Shown piece after piece: positions 33,231-34,434 of a stretch of DNA of 34,434 nt. Within the stretch, counting starts at the first letter, position 1, and each line of letters begins with the position of its first letter. Under the pieces are notes generated by a model. The model worked only from the letters and a program-made list of their open reading frames with translations, had not been told where the DNA came from and searched no databases. Source of the stretch: Candidatus Micrarchaeia archaeon (GTDB taxonomy: Archaea > Micrarchaeota > Micrarchaeia > Micrarchaeales > CABMGC01); contig JBMFIM010000009.1 in assembly GCA_049976305.1 (NCBI GenBank), forward strand, positions 1 to 34,434. Direction: 5' to 3'. Both the position numbers and the translations under genes were made by a program.

Positions 33231-34403
33231 ATGCAGAACCTCCCTAGAGACATTGTTGAAGAAGCGCAGATTTACGATTATGAGGAAGCAGTATCAAAGG
33301 TGCTTAGCAAGATAAAAGAAGAGGGTGCAGTGGTAATAACAAGGAATGGCGAATATTTCGGAATAGTCGACGACAGGGCCCTTACCCAGGCCAGTATTGC
33401 CAAGCTGCAGAATACTGCGGTTGGCAAATATGCTATACGTGTGCCATTGCTCTCCGACGCCGTTGAGGTAGAAGAGGCGGTGAAGATATTCTACGATTCG
33501 AACGCAAGAGCTATTCCGTTTGGGGAAGAGGGCAAGGTTCTCGGGAAGGTGAAGGCAAGCAAGATGCTTGGCTTTTTGCTTGACGCAAAGGCTTTTCCAA
33601 AGATGAAAGTAGAGGAGGTAATGGCCTCGCCAGTAATAGGAATAGACGCGAAGGCGAATGTGGCAGAGGCCATAGCGACAATGCAGAAGAACAAGATAGA
33701 TAGGCTGCTGATAATAAGCAAGGGCAAGCCCAGCGGCATAATAACCAACACAGACATTATGTTCGCAGTTGCAAAGCCTCCTGAGAGGCTGCCGCACATG
33801 AAAAAAGAGGCATATGGGCTTGAGGGCATAATTGTGGAAAGCATAGGTACTCCATACTTCCACACGATAGACCACTCAAAGAGCCTTGAAGAGGCAGCGA
33901 GGGAAATGCTCCAGCAGGGCGTGCTCGCCCTTGCAGTCACCAAGGAAAACAAGGTAGTAGGCTTGCTTACTGCTAGGGAGCTTTTCAAGGCTATACTGCT
34001 TTCTTCCAAGAAGGAGGTGCCAGTCTATGTTTCAGGCTTAGAGGGCTATGCCAAGGAGAACGAGGAAGACATCAAGCAGGCCCTTGCAAAAACAGCTGAG
34101 AAGATTGCCAAGTTTACTAAGCTCACAGCAGAAGGCGTATATGCAAACGTGAAGATTGCAAAAAGCCTTTATGAGCTTAGCGCCAGCATAAGGTTTGCAA
34201 AGGGAAAGGAGCTGCATGCAAAGGCCAGCGACCCAAGCTTTGACAAGGCGATAAAGGAGCTTGCAGTCAAGCTGTATGAAATGGCTAAGAAGGAAAAGGA
34301 GCTTATGCTTACAAAGAAGCAGAAGGCAGAGAGGTTTTATAAAAGTGAGCGGGAAAACCCACGATTTCAATCGTGGGATGAAAGCGAACAGAAGAATATA
34401 TAG
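33231..34403 (+). CDS. Four CBS domains plus a C-terminal HPF/RaiA-like domain; probable ribosome hibernation factor
   Basis: Repeated CBS patterns (GIVD..., GIIT..DI, GLLT..EL), then VYVSGL - helix - three strands - helix with a basic tail. Confidence 0.75.
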   Translation: MQNLPRDIVEEAQIYDYEEAVSKVLSKIKEEGAVVITRNGEYFGIVDDRALTQASIAKLQNTAVGKYAIRVPLLSDAVEVEEAVKIFYDSNARAIPFGEEGKVLGKVKASKMLGFLLDAKAFPKMKVEEVMASPVIGIDAKANVAEAIATMQKNKIDRLLIISKGKPSGIITNTDIMFAVAKPPERLPHMKKEAYGLEGIIVESIGTPYFHTIDHSKSLEEAAREMLQQGVLALAVTKENKVVGLLTARELFKAILLSSKKEVPVYVSGLEGYAKENEEDIKQALAKTAEKIAKFTKLTAEGVYANVKIAKSLYELSASIRFAKGKELHAKASDPSFDKAIKELAVKLYEMAKKEKELMLTKKQKAERFYKSERENPRFQSWDESEQKNI

Positions 34404-34434
34404 ACTTTTACAGTGAATAAATGATCGTCAGGCA

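Noticed and set aside
1..34434. CRISPR arrays, IS elements, rRNA
   Set aside because: No regularly spaced repeats, transposase motifs or rRNA-like sequence were seen.

Overview
Compact archaeal chromosomal segment. The archaeal assignment rests on archaeal-type ProRS, TyrRS and MetRS, Rpo4, UPF0147, a BHB tRNA intron and TATA/BRE promoters. Gene style suggests a DPANN lineage such as Micrarchaeota, but that is inference. It holds about 33 CDS or pseudogenes, 3 tRNAs and one box C/D guide RNA; no CRISPR array, transposase or integrase was seen. Highlights: (1) an operon of APC permease, an APRT with altered catalytic motifs, a metallophosphoesterase and a nucleotidyltransferase::purine-PRTase fusion, with no pathway I recognise; (2) a Ku plus stand-alone LigD-type ligase pair, with an intact PolX-PHP about 15 kb away; (3) a single-chain aconitase X beside a UbiD decarboxylase, consistent with the archaeal mevalonate pathway; (4) RNase HI and RNase HII that both lack an in-frame ATG/GTG/TTG and have ATA/ATC at the local Shine-Dalgarno spacing; (5) a dual-guide C/D sRNA that appears to target 23S helices 69 and 71; (6) tRNA-Arg(UCU) with a 59/60 intron, overlapping the tatD stop codon; (7) a CBS-HPF hibernation-factor-like gene divergent from a truncated Rqc2; (8) frameshifted AIM24 and Lrp genes. 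All family calls come from motif recognition by eye; no searches were run.
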